The position numbers and the translations under genes are program-made. This document shows, piece by piece, positions 10,242 to 20,007 of a DNA stretch of 64,000 nt (position 1 is its first letter; each line of letters begins with the position of its first letter). The notes below the pieces were generated by a model. That model had not been told where the DNA came from and ran no database searches. It worked only from the letters and a program-made list of their open reading frames with translations. The stretch is from an uncultured Rhodothermales bacterium (GTDB lineage: Bacteria > Bacteroidota > Rhodothermia > Rhodothermales > UBA10348): contig CAZEHJ010000001.1 in assembly GCA_964512485.1 (NCBI GenBank), positions 15,523 through 79,522 on the forward strand, read 5' to 3'.

Positions 10242-11660
10242 TCAGACGTTGATCGCAACACCGTAGGCAGCACGTGTGGCTTCCATCACTGCTTCCGAAA
10301 GTGTCGGATGCGGGTGAATGGATTCCATGATCTCGTGCGCTGTTGTTTCGAGCGTTCGGGCGGTGACCGCTTCCGCAATCAGTTCTGTGGCATCATATCC
10401 AATGATATGGCAACCCAGCAGTTCACCATACTTCGCGTCGAAAATGACTTTGACGAAGCCTTCGTTGTGCCCCATGGCCGAGGCTTTTCCGCTCGCAGTG
10501 AAAGGAAATTTACCAATCTTCAGCTCATACCCCGCTTCCTTGGCGGCCTCTTCGGTGTAACCGACTGAAGCCACTTGAGGCTGGCAGTATGTGCAGCCCG
10601 GGATGTTCAGCTTATTGAGTGGATGCACATTTTCACCGGCGATCTTTTCAACACAGATCACACCTTCGTGACTGGCTTTGTGAGCGAGCCACGGTGGTCC
10701 TGCGACGTCGCCGATAGCATAAACACCAGGTACGTTTGTGCGGCAGAATTCGTCGATGACGATTGCCCCACGATCGGTTTTCACACCTGCTTTTTCCAGG
10801 CCGATATCTTCGATATTTCCTGCCACACCAACGGCTGACAGGACCTGGTCTGTTTCGATCACCTCGTCGCCTTTTTTGCCTTCGAGCGTGACTTTCAAAG
10901 CCTTGCCCGTCGTGTCGACCGACTTGACCTTTGTACCGGTTATCGTCTTGATTCCAGCTTTTTTGAAAGCACGGGCCAGTTCGCGACTCACATCTTTGTC
11001 TTCGATCGGGACGATGCGATCCTTGAGCTCGATGACGGTTACTTCCGTTCCCATGTGATGGTAGAAGTAGGCAAACTCAACTCCGATGGCTCCCGCTCCG
11101 CAAATCAAAAGCCGTTTGGGCTTTTCCGTTTGCAGGAGGGCCTCCTTCGAAGAGATGATCTTCTTTCCGTCAAATGGGAGGGTAGGCAGTTCACGGGGAC
11201 GGGCGCCTGTCGCGACGATGATGTGTTTGGCAGTGACAGTCTGCTTTTCGCCGACGTTGTTGCCGTCCATGTCCGTAGACGGCTCAATAGTCACTTTGCC
11301 ACTTCCGGCGAGTCTTGCATGACCGAACAGAACATCAATCTTGTTCTTGTTCATCAGATAGGCCACGCCTTTGTTCATCTTGTCAGCAACACCACGGCTA
11401 CGCCCAATCACTTTGTCAAACTCAGCCTTGATTGTGCCGCCTGACAAGCCATAGGCGTCAAGATGTTTTCCGTATTCCATAATCTCTGCACTTTTCAACA
11501 GAGCCTTGGTTGGAATACAACCAATGTTCAGGCAAACACCGCCCAACTTGTTCTTTTCAACGACGGCTGTCTTGAGGCCGAGCTGAGTAGCACGGATTGC
11601 GGTTTCATAACCACCGGGACCCGTTCCGATCACGAGTACGTCGTAGGATGTAGCTGACAT
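10242..11660 (-). CDS. lpdA: Dihydrolipoyl dehydrogenase
   Basis: 472 aa. FAD motif VIGTGPGGY, redox-active disulfide GGVCLNIGCIPTKALL, and a C-terminal HPHPTLSE dimerisation motif. Confidence 0.9.
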   Translation of the reverse strand: MSATSYDVLVIGTGPGGYETAIRATQLGLKTAVVEKNKLGGVCLNIGCIPTKALLKSAEIMEYGKHLDAYGLSGGTIKAEFDKVIGRSRGVADKMNKGVAYLMNKNKIDVLFGHARLAGSGKVTIEPSTDMDGNNVGEKQTVTAKHIIVATGARPRELPTLPFDGKKIISSKEALLQTEKPKRLLICGAGAIGVEFAYFYHHMGTEVTVIELKDRIVPIEDKDVSRELARAFKKAGIKTITGTKVKSVDTTGKALKVTLEGKKGDEVIETDQVLSAVGVAGNIEDIGLEKAGVKTDRGAIVIDEFCRTNVPGVYAIGDVAGPPWLAHKASHEGVICVEKIAGENVHPLNKLNIPGCTYCQPQVASVGYTEEAAKEAGYELKIGKFPFTASGKASAMGHNEGFVKVIFDAKYGELLGCHIIGYDATELIAEAVTARTLETTAHEIMESIHPHPTLSEAVMEATRAAYGVAINV

Positions 11661-11819
11661 GTGAAAAAGATGAATGGTTTCTGTCTGAAAATCTGAGAAT
11701 CACAAAAATACGGCGCGACGGCAAGTCTGCTATTGAGAGGGAGTGAATACGTCTCTCGTGGCTCTGGTGCTCATAGCCGGTGATTCACCTTTGGCGGGAA
11801 AGAGAATAACCGGTTCGAG

Positions 11820-12467
11820 TCAACGTCGAGAGAAGCGTTCCTCGATATCCGTCATTTTGTCGACGCGTTTTGCATGGCGTCCACCTTCGAAGTCCGTATC
11901 CAAAAAAACGGTAACGATCCTTTTTACCACCTCAATCCCCATGGTGCGACTGCCCAGTGTCAGAACATTCGAATTGTTGTGGGCACGCGCGTTCCAGGAA
12001 GCAAATTCATTGTAGGCACAGGCTGCCCGAATCCCGGGTACCTTGTTGCAAACGATACTGCTCCCTACTCCAACGCCATCTATCATGATGCCCGTTCCAG
12101 CCTTTCCTTCGGCGACCATGCTGGCAACGGCATACGCAAAGTCGGGGTAGTCACAGCTTTTGGGAGAATCGGTGCCAAGATCAACAACCTGGTGTCCCGC
12201 TTCTTTCAACCAATCGATGAGTTCTGATTTCAGGGCATATCCGCCGTGGTCTGATCCAATGCAGATTACAGGATTCCTCTCAGCTGCACCGGATGGAGCA
12301 TTGTCTGAAGCGGCAGCCTGACCAAATACGATGGAAACGCCAAGATCGCGGGCGGTATCCATTGCCAACGGGGTAATCACCGCATTGTCAGGAGCAGTAA
12401 ACGTGGAACTGCCAGATCTGGCAGCCTCCCGGATTGCGCGTTCAGTAATTACCCTTTTTCCAGCCAT
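11820..12467 (-). CDS. rpiB: Ribose-5-phosphate isomerase B (RpiB/LacA/LacB family) with an N-terminal extension of about 65 aa
   Basis: The core ICIGSDHGGYALKSELIDWLKEAGHQVVDLG...GIMIDGVGVGSSIVCNK...NSNVLTLG is typical RpiB. The extension MAGKRVITERAIREAARSG...VITPLAMDTARDLGVSIVF is not part of the core. Confidence 0.8.
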   Translation of the reverse strand: MAGKRVITERAIREAARSGSSTFTAPDNAVITPLAMDTARDLGVSIVFGQAAASDNAPSGAAERNPVICIGSDHGGYALKSELIDWLKEAGHQVVDLGTDSPKSCDYPDFAYAVASMVAEGKAGTGIMIDGVGVGSSIVCNKVPGIRAACAYNEFASWNARAHNNSNVLTLGSRTMGIEVVKRIVTVFLDTDFEGGRHAKRVDKMTDIEERFSRR

Positions 12468-12532
12468 GCATCGAAGCTACGATGCGATAGAGGGCGATGC
12501 AATCTTCGCAAGAGACGGTCATTAAACCTCAA

Positions 12533-13708
12533 CTACGGAGTGCGCAACCAGCTTGTTGGGTTTTCGGGCTCACCGTTCTTGAAGATGGCAAAAAACACAG
12601 ATTCGCCTCTGGGTTCGGCGGCTGTTCCTGATCGTCCCAACAACTGTCCGGCCGTAACATCGTCGCCTACGCCCACATAGAATAGTGAGAGATTACCGTA
12701 GACAGTGTGGAATCCACCATGTTCTACAATGGCAAAACGGCCCATGTCCGGAATGATATCGATAGTTGAGACCGTCCCGGCAAAAACCGATTTGACGTCT
12801 GCCGATGCTTCCGTTGCTATGAGGATTCCCGGGTTGGGAGTGATCGTTCCGAATTCTGGATGAACGATGTCTCCATAGGGTTCGATGACGGTACCGGTGC
12901 TTGGCCACGGAAGCAGTGACTGAGCCTCAGAAAATGAGGAAGTCAACGCGGTGAGTACGGCTTCGGCATTTCCTCCGGGTCGATTGCTCTCCGCTGTGAT
13001 GAGTGCCCGGATTTGGTCAACCAATTCCTGCTCCATGGTTCTCTTCTGAGAAATCGTCTCGCTGCGGTCTGCCTTTTCTTGTTGAATGCGATTGATTTCC
13101 TGGCGCACGTTTCCCAGCAAACCATTGAGGTTATCCTGTTCCCGGTCGACCGAAGTAAGCATGACTTCGGACTCCACCAGTTTTCGCTGCATTTCTTTTC
13201 GTTTCAACGATAGAACAGATGTCGTTTCCCTGAGGCCCTCCAATTGGTCGCGTCTCTTGTTCGAAAATCGTTTCAAATATCCGATGCGAATGAGCATCTG
13301 GTTGATCGAAGAAGCAGACAGAATGAGCGCAGCATCATGCTGTCGCCCGTGTTTGTAGGCGTGGGTAGCCCGGCCTTGATACTCTTTCTGAAGAGCGCCC
13401 AGCTGCTCGCCCAGATCAGCAATCGCCGCTTGAAGCGAGTCACGTTCAAATTTTAATTGTTCGATCCGATCATGATAGGTCCGCACGAGTTCTTCCCGAA
13501 GCGAAAGTTGTCTGTTCAGATCAGTCAAGCGGGAGATGGAAGCCTGTTCTTCATTTTCTGCCAGCTGAAGGAGCCGCTCCTCTTCTGCTATTTCTTCGCG
13601 TAATTCAACCAGGCGGTTTTCGGTGGTGGATACCTGCCGGGCGACAGCTGGATATACCGCCGTAAAACACAGCAAAATGAGTGATATGGCAATGACGGAT
13701 CGTCTCAT
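12533..13708 (-). CDS. EnvC-like murein hydrolase activator (coiled coil plus degenerate LytM/M23 domain)
   Basis: 391 aa with a signal peptide and a long Q/E/L-rich coiled coil. The C-terminal M23 fold (VSTIDIIPDMGRFAIVEHGGFHTVYGNLS...) lacks the HxxxD and HxH metal ligands. Confidence 0.8.
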   Translation of the reverse strand: MRRSVIAISLILLCFTAVYPAVARQVSTTENRLVELREEIAEEERLLQLAENEEQASISRLTDLNRQLSLREELVRTYHDRIEQLKFERDSLQAAIADLGEQLGALQKEYQGRATHAYKHGRQHDAALILSASSINQMLIRIGYLKRFSNKRRDQLEGLRETTSVLSLKRKEMQRKLVESEVMLTSVDREQDNLNGLLGNVRQEINRIQQEKADRSETISQKRTMEQELVDQIRALITAESNRPGGNAEAVLTALTSSFSEAQSLLPWPSTGTVIEPYGDIVHPEFGTITPNPGILIATEASADVKSVFAGTVSTIDIIPDMGRFAIVEHGGFHTVYGNLSLFYVGVGDDVTAGQLLGRSGTAAEPRGESVFFAIFKNGEPENPTSWLRTP

Positions 13709-14634
13709 TCTCCCAAATAGGTTCGTTCCGTATCGTCCTTGATATCAAGACCGAATGTCAGTTGTGGCGGATCGACTTGCAGCCGCCGAATAGCCATGGC
13801 GAGACGCGTGTCCTCCGGCGGACGCGACATCGTCATTCGACGCGGTATCAGTATTCCATCGATTAGTTCAAATTCCATGTACCATCGCTGTTCAAGGATC
13901 GTGCCTTCGAGATCCTGCTGCCTGAAGCCAACGACCCTCCAGAGGGTGGGATCGATCGTGTATCGAAGAGTACCATCCGGCGAGTGCAGCAAATAAAGAG
14001 TTGAATCAGCCGAAACCGACCAGTCGGTCAGGGCATCCGGGGAATAGAATCCGGTGGCAATCTCCATTATCTGGGTGCCAGCCATGGCGCCGGGAAGGAC
14101 AGCGGCAATCCGTGACGGAGAGCCGCTGTAGAGCACATTCTCGATGCGGTCATATACATAGGCCGAATCGGGTGTGACCAGAACGCGTGCACCCTCAATG
14201 CCCAATGGGAATCCAATCCGCACAATCATCGAATCCGGCCTGCCATAGCTTATTTTGGCCGTAAATCGTCCCTTGTCGGAGGGGGAAGAAAGGGCCACTT
14301 GCGCCTCGGCATACAACCGGTTCAGCTCGCTGGGATAGGCAGGCAGGGACGACAGGATTTCCTCCAATGAGTGGTCGGGAAAGCGGTCCGGGAGGGAGGA
14401 GTCAGCTCTGTTCAGCTGCCGCGACGACGAGCAGGAGGAGAGGATCAAACCGAGAGCCAAAACCGCAATTGGCGCAATTGGCGCAATTGAACGATGATGA
14501 CTGCCGGAAACACTTTGTTTACCTACAAAAAAGCGTTCAAATAAGATTTTTCGTCGAGTGCGGATTACCCGTGGCCCGATACGTTCTTGAATCATTTTCT
14601 GCCGGTTTTCGGAAGATCTTTCCTTTGCGTTCAT
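13705..14634 (-). CDS. DUF4292-like (LolB-fold) lipoprotein
   Basis: 309 aa. Lipobox-like LILSSCSS. Body ...RFTAKISYGRPDSMIVRIGFPLGIEGARVLVTPDSAYVYDR... 4-nt overlap with the downstream EnvC-like gene. Confidence 0.55.
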   Translation of the reverse strand: MNAKERSSENRQKMIQERIGPRVIRTRRKILFERFFVGKQSVSGSHHRSIAPIAPIAVLALGLILSSCSSSRQLNRADSSLPDRFPDHSLEEILSSLPAYPSELNRLYAEAQVALSSPSDKGRFTAKISYGRPDSMIVRIGFPLGIEGARVLVTPDSAYVYDRIENVLYSGSPSRIAAVLPGAMAGTQIMEIATGFYSPDALTDWSVSADSTLYLLHSPDGTLRYTIDPTLWRVVGFRQQDLEGTILEQRWYMEFELIDGILIPRRMTMSRPPEDTRLAMAIRRLQVDPPQLTFGLDIKDDTERTYLGE

Positions 14635-14688
14635 TCTGATCGCAAGGTCGCAGTAGATTCCGGATCATGCAAACGAAGCAGACACCGG

Positions 14689-15957
14689 CTATTGGGGCTG
14701 GTCCATTTCTTGGACCAGCCGAAGCAGTCTCTGATGAATTTCACTGCCATCGTCGACCCTGCCCATCAAGTCACGAGCCAGTTCCATTGCTTCGGAGTAT
14801 CTCTCTGTCTGCGCAAGTACCTCAACGAGCTCGATCTCGAGTGGTTCGTGTCCCGGAAACAGTAGCACAGAATCTTCGGCAAAGGTTGTTGCTCCGCCCC
14901 AATTTTCGGTCTGGACTCTCGAGCGGATCGCAAGGATCCACATTTGTATCTGCCTCGGGTCGCGCTCGATCTGCTCTTCGGTAAATATCTCAAGCTCTCG
15001 ATACTCACCTGTTCGCGCCAAGAACTTTGCCAGGTCAAGTGCTGAATCATCATCCTCCGGAGATTTCTCCACTATTGCTCGATATACAGCCAACGAGTCG
15101 ACGTTTTCGCCTCCAGTCTGAACAGTGGTCTGCTGAAGAAGCATTCCACGTGGAAGTTCAGCCTCCAGATTTCGATCGGGGAGGAAGGCCTGAACTGTAG
15201 ACAAAGACAGAAGTGCTTCCACATGTGAAGGATCTTCCGTCAGCACCCCGACGAGTTCATCGGCGGCGTCCTCCCATTTCGATGCAAGAATCAAGATGCG
15301 GGAAAGCTCATATCGATCTTCGGGATCGGCCGTGAGGACGAGGAGCTTTCTCATCGCCCATTCCGTCCGCTCAAGGTTACCGGCCCTCTCAAACGTTTCA
15401 ATCACTACTCTGAGTAGCTCTTCGCTTCCCGGAAACCTGGCAGCGGCCTGTTCCGCGACCGGAACTGCGAGTGCGCCTTGATCGGGCCCGGACAAAATGA
15501 AGAGAAGCAACAAATAGTCTGACGACATATCTGGGGATAGACGTAACAGCGCTTCTGATTCGCGGATCGCCAGCTCCGCGTTTCCGCTTTCTACAGCGAG
15601 TGTCAACGCCTGACGATGCAGTCCGGGGTCGTCGGGGAGCTCTGAAATCGCCCCTTCTATATAAAACAGAGCCGAACTGTAATCTCCCATCGCCTTCTGG
15701 GCATCGGACATGGAGGCCAAAAGTACAGGATGGGTGGGATTGACTTTGAGACCTTCAGCGAACACCACAACCGCTTTATCCGGAAATCCGGTCTGCATGA
15801 AGGTCAGGCCTCGTATCAGAACGCGCTCTGCATGAGCCTCTAGTTGCGTTTGGCTCTGGAGGGCAGTGGCTGGAGTGGTCAACAACGTTACCAGGAGTAT
15901 TCCTGCCAGCATCGTGGAAATCGTACTTGTTCTCGGTATGAAGACATACTTTTTCAC
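14689..15957 (-). CDS. Tetratricopeptide-repeat protein (secreted)
   Basis: 422 aa with a signal peptide and repeated A/L/Y TPR-like helices throughout. It is the first gene of the TPR-DUF4292-EnvC string. Confidence 0.7.
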   Translation of the reverse strand: MKKYVFIPRTSTISTMLAGILLVTLLTTPATALQSQTQLEAHAERVLIRGLTFMQTGFPDKAVVVFAEGLKVNPTHPVLLASMSDAQKAMGDYSSALFYIEGAISELPDDPGLHRQALTLAVESGNAELAIRESEALLRLSPDMSSDYLLLLFILSGPDQGALAVPVAEQAAARFPGSEELLRVVIETFERAGNLERTEWAMRKLLVLTADPEDRYELSRILILASKWEDAADELVGVLTEDPSHVEALLSLSTVQAFLPDRNLEAELPRGMLLQQTTVQTGGENVDSLAVYRAIVEKSPEDDDSALDLAKFLARTGEYRELEIFTEEQIERDPRQIQMWILAIRSRVQTENWGGATTFAEDSVLLFPGHEPLEIELVEVLAQTERYSEAMELARDLMGRVDDGSEIHQRLLRLVQEMDQPQ

Positions 15958-16165
15958 CTGCTAAAAAACGGGGACACCCCGACGAGGTTTCTCGGCAAAA
16001 CAGGCATTTAGAAAGTTGTTTCTTAGGTGGAGCCTGATTACTCTATACCGATTATTGGCCGAAATGGGTCATCGTGTTGTCTGACAACGCCTAGTAACAC
16101 CGATATCGGACAGAAGGTATCAGGGGAGCGCGTTCTTTGGAGCCACTCCAACCGGGAAGAAATAC

Positions 16166-18094
16166 ATGGGTCTGCAGGACATTACAAGATTTGAGAATGC
16201 CGCCGAACTTCGGCGTTTTACCCGACATATCATGCGGGATATGCGTGCTCTCGAATACATGCTGGATGAAGGCATGTTCGAGACCCATATTCAGCGCGTC
16301 GGTGCTGAGCAGGAACTCTTTCTGATCGATCAAAACGCTCAGCCTTCATCACTTGCTGAAGAAGTGCTCGCGCTGAGTGACAATGAACGGCTGGTAAACG
16401 AGCTCACGAGATTCAATCTCGAACTGAACCTCGATCCGATTGAATTCACCGGGTCGTGCTTTTCCGAGATGGAAACCAAGCTGAATGAATTGGTTGCCTA
16501 CGTGCGTTCTTTGAGTGCTCAATTGGATAATGATGTAGTCATGGCAGGAATTCTGCCCACGATTCACGCGTGGGATCTTCGCCTGGAAAACATGGCTCCC
16601 AAGCCTCGCTACTACTCGTTGAACGACACGATCATGGCGCTCAAAGGCGGGAAGGCGCAGTATCACATCAGGGGAGTGGATGAACTGTTCTTCCAACACG
16701 ACAATATCATGGTCGAAGGCTGCAATACCAGCTTTCAGGTACACCTTCAGGTCACGCCCGATACCTTCGCCCACTACTACAATATTGCCCAGCTGGTGTC
16801 TGCCCCGGTTTTGGCTGTGGCGGCCAACTCACCAATTCTCTTCGGGAAACGACTCTGGAGAGAAACTCGCATTGCGCTTTTTCAGCAGGCGGTAGATACA
16901 CGCAGCAGTAATCTGTATCTGCGGGATATGAGTCCGCGTGTCCATTTCGGTACCGAGTGGGTCAATGAGTCGGTAATGGAGATCTTCCAGGAAGATATCG
17001 CGCGTTTCCGCGTTATCATGACCAGTGAATATGAGGATCCCTTTGATGCTCTGAAACGAGGAGAAGTGCCAAAGTTGAGGGCACTCCAACTGCATAACGG
17101 GACCGTTTACCGGTGGAATCGAGCTTGTTATGGAATCAGTGGCGACCAACCTCATCTCCGGATCGAAAATCGCCTCCTTCCTTCAGGACCCAGTACAATT
17201 GATGAGGTCGCTAATGCGGCATTCTGGACCGGTTTGGTTGAAGGAATGGCTCGGGAAATCGATGATTTGAGACCGCTGATAACCTTTGACGAAGCCAAAA
17301 GCAATTTTATCGGAGCTGCACGACGGGGGCTGGCATCCGAGCTGGACTGGATTGACGAGAAGCGCTACAGCGCCTCGGACCTGATTAAAAGTCAACTTCT
17401 GGATCTATCGAGAAAAGGATTGCAGGCCCGAGGAGTCGATGATGGCGATATTCAACGGCTTCTGGAAATAATAGATGAACGAGTGGGCTCCAAACAAACA
17501 GGCGCCCAGTGGCAGCTCAGTTCAGTTGCCCAGATGAAAAAGAAAGGGCACTCGTCGAGGGCGGAAAGGCTCGATGCCCTCGTTTCGTGTATGCTCAAGA
17601 AGCAGCGCGAAGGTGAGCCGGGTCATACTTGGGACCTGGCTAAAATAGAACCTCGTGCTCTGAATACGATCCATGGAACACGGGTGGAGCACTTCATGAC
17701 GACCGATCTGTTTACGGTGCGTGAAGATGAACTCGTTGAATTTGTGGCCGTGTTGATGGGATGGCAGCACATCCGACACGTGCTTGTTGAGGACGTAAAC
17801 CACCGGCTGGTGGGACTCGTAACTCATCGCTCAATATTGAAAACTCTGACCAATCAGCCTGACAACGATGAGCAGGATATTCCGGTCAGTCAGATTATGG
17901 TTGAAGATCCAATCTCGGTGTCACCCGAGACGGCGACGATAGATGCGGTCCGGTTGATGAGGGAAAATAATGTGGGCGCCCTCCCGGTCGTTCTGGACGG
18001 GCAACTCGTCGGCATTATTACTGAGACGGATTTCAATCTTCTGGCTGCTCGCCTGTTCGAAGACAGTGCCACTCACACCGTTCCGGGAAAGTGA
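16166..18094 (+). CDS. Glutamate-cysteine-ligase family 2 (carboxylate-amine ligase)-like enzyme fused to a C-terminal CBS pair
   Basis: 642 aa. GCS2-like RVGAEQELFLID near the N-terminus, and two CBS motifs at the C-terminus (VEHFMTTDLFTV...LVGLVTHRSIL; VSQIMVEDPISV...LVGIITETDF). Confidence 0.65.
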   Translation: MGLQDITRFENAAELRRFTRHIMRDMRALEYMLDEGMFETHIQRVGAEQELFLIDQNAQPSSLAEEVLALSDNERLVNELTRFNLELNLDPIEFTGSCFSEMETKLNELVAYVRSLSAQLDNDVVMAGILPTIHAWDLRLENMAPKPRYYSLNDTIMALKGGKAQYHIRGVDELFFQHDNIMVEGCNTSFQVHLQVTPDTFAHYYNIAQLVSAPVLAVAANSPILFGKRLWRETRIALFQQAVDTRSSNLYLRDMSPRVHFGTEWVNESVMEIFQEDIARFRVIMTSEYEDPFDALKRGEVPKLRALQLHNGTVYRWNRACYGISGDQPHLRIENRLLPSGPSTIDEVANAAFWTGLVEGMAREIDDLRPLITFDEAKSNFIGAARRGLASELDWIDEKRYSASDLIKSQLLDLSRKGLQARGVDDGDIQRLLEIIDERVGSKQTGAQWQLSSVAQMKKKGHSSRAERLDALVSCMLKKQREGEPGHTWDLAKIEPRALNTIHGTRVEHFMTTDLFTVREDELVEFVAVLMGWQHIRHVLVEDVNHRLVGLVTHRSILKTLTNQPDNDEQDIPVSQIMVEDPISVSPETATIDAVRLMRENNVGALPVVLDGQLVGIITETDFNLLAARLFEDSATHTVPGK

Positions 18095-18150
18095 TGGCTT
18101 GAGTCGGCCGGGTCAGAATCCGTGCTAATCCCACCAAACAGGACAGATAC

Positions 18151-19473
18151 ATGAAACGCTTGTCCCAGGCGGCGCTGCTTGCGTTATTTTTAGTTTTTGC
18201 CTCCATCCCCTCAACCGCGCAAAAATCAGCCATTTTAGCAGGTCATCTTGTCGATACAGAGACAGGAACTGCTACTGCTGATCAGATCATTCTGGTTGAG
18301 CGTGATCCAACCAACGGTCGAAGTACCATCCTGGAAATCGGATCGGACGTTGATATTCCTGACGATGCGGAAGTGATCGATCTCTCGGGTCACTATGTCT
18401 TCGGCGGTCTTGTGGACGCGCACGACCATCTCGGTATCACGTATAAAGAGGAGCCGGAAAGTTGGTTCTACTACATGACGATTATAATGGACTCGACACC
18501 TTTGAGGGCCATCCAGTCATTCAGTACCGGTTTCCAGAAGCTGGCGTCAGGTTTCACAATCGTTCGCGATCTCGGAAACAACGGATTGTACGCGGATACG
18601 GCTTTGAGGCAGGCGATTGAGATGGGCTGGGTGCCAGGCCCCACGATGATCAATGCCGGTATTATTATCGGAGCGTTTGGTGGTCAGCTTTACGAAACAC
18701 CCGAGCGCGAGGATACGGTTTATCCCGAGTACCTGAACGCGGATACCAACGACGAAATCGTCAAAGCAATTCGCCGCAACATCCACTACGGCGCCAAAGT
18801 CGTCAAGGTATGCGTGGACTGCCAGGCGTATCCATATACCATCGATCAGCTGAAGCTGTTCGTGAGCGAGGCCGCCAATGCAGGACAAAAAGTCTCGGGC
18901 CACGTTCAAACACGCGAGGGGGCTCGTCGGGCGATTGAAGCAGGGCTCTGGTCTCTCGATCATGACGGTGCGCTGGACCCGGAACTGCACACGATGATGG
19001 CAGAGCGGGGAATCTGGCGTGTCGGGACAGAAACGCCCCATGCCGACTGGTCCCGTGTGAGTGAAGGCAGGTATGAACGCAGGGTGGCGAGTTTGCGCGA
19101 TGCGTACGACAAAGGCGTCAAATTGGCCTTTTCGACCGACGCAGACTACTACATTCCCGGATTGAATCGTGGAGAATTGACGCTCGAATTTCTGAAGACC
19201 TGGAAGGACGCCGGAATTCCTGATGCCGAAATCCTGAAGATCTGGACGACGAACGGTTACGAGATCAGCGAAACAGAAAACTCGCGCGGCCCGATCAAAG
19301 TCGGCTTCGCAGCGGACATCGTCGCAACCCAGGGCAACCCACTCGAGGACATCGATGCCATCCGGGATATTGGTTTCGTCATGAAAGACGGCATGGTTTT
19401 CAAACGCGATGGCATTGTGTCATCTCTGGACTTTTTCCACAACGGGCCAGCCTACGGATGGCGGAAACGGTAG
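18151..19473 (+). CDS. Secreted metal-dependent amidohydrolase family protein
   Basis: 440 aa with a signal peptide. GGLVDAHDHLG metal-binding motif and FSTDADY near the C-terminus (the Asp of the amidohydrolase fold). Confidence 0.8.
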   Translation: MKRLSQAALLALFLVFASIPSTAQKSAILAGHLVDTETGTATADQIILVERDPTNGRSTILEIGSDVDIPDDAEVIDLSGHYVFGGLVDAHDHLGITYKEEPESWFYYMTIIMDSTPLRAIQSFSTGFQKLASGFTIVRDLGNNGLYADTALRQAIEMGWVPGPTMINAGIIIGAFGGQLYETPEREDTVYPEYLNADTNDEIVKAIRRNIHYGAKVVKVCVDCQAYPYTIDQLKLFVSEAANAGQKVSGHVQTREGARRAIEAGLWSLDHDGALDPELHTMMAERGIWRVGTETPHADWSRVSEGRYERRVASLRDAYDKGVKLAFSTDADYYIPGLNRGELTLEFLKTWKDAGIPDAEILKIWTTNGYEISETENSRGPIKVGFAADIVATQGNPLEDIDAIRDIGFVMKDGMVFKRDGIVSSLDFFHNGPAYGWRKR

Positions 19474-19488
19474 ACGGGCCCATCAATC

Positions 19489-20007
19489 CTATAGTTTGAG
19501 GCGCAATCCTGCGAGCAGGATTGCGCCCTGACCCACGTCTTCGCCGTGGGTGGCGATATTGCGTTCAACGCCGAGTCCCAGCGTGGCGTCCATTCGTTTT
19601 CCGAGTCCATCGAACGAGTACCCGACCCGCGCCGTCGGCTGAAACACCAGAATTCTGGAATCTGCATTTACCTGCAGGGTATCGTCTCGCCAGTCGATGA
19701 GCATGGACCAGAAGTCCACACGGGCCCCAAGCCATAGCCCAGTTAATTCTTGTGACATGTATCGATTGATATCGATCCCGGCTCCGAACCCATATCCTGA
19801 TTCGTCATCCTTTTCGCCCCAGTCGCCTCGATCTGTAAGGTTGAAACCGATATGCATCCTGGATACGTATTGACCGCTCTGGCGAAATGTGTGACCGACA
19901 ACTCCAGTCACTCCCGCAGGATAAGCCTGAATTTCCAGGGTTTGGCCCCGAGCGGACAGGCACAAAAGGGTGGTCAACAAGAGCGTGCTGCTCAGTCGTC
20001 GATACAT
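19489..20007 (-). CDS. Small outer-membrane beta-barrel-like protein
   Basis: 172 aa with a signal peptide (LLLTTLLCLSARGQ), alternating beta-strand pattern and an aromatic-rich C-terminus. Confidence 0.45.
   Translation of the reverse strand: MYRRLSSTLLLTTLLCLSARGQTLEIQAYPAGVTGVVGHTFRQSGQYVSRMHIGFNLTDRGDWGEKDDESGYGFGAGIDINRYMSQELTGLWLGARVDFWSMLIDWRDDTLQVNADSRILVFQPTARVGYSFDGLGKRMDATLGLGVERNIATHGEDVGQGAILLAGLRLKL

Noticed and set aside
14464-14489. Tandem 9-bp repeat cgcaattgg x2.9
   Set aside because: It is too short and lacks spacers, so it is not a CRISPR or regulatory array. It is in frame inside the DUF4292 gene, encoding IAPIAPIA in the signal-peptide n-region. At most it is a slippage-prone length polymorphism.
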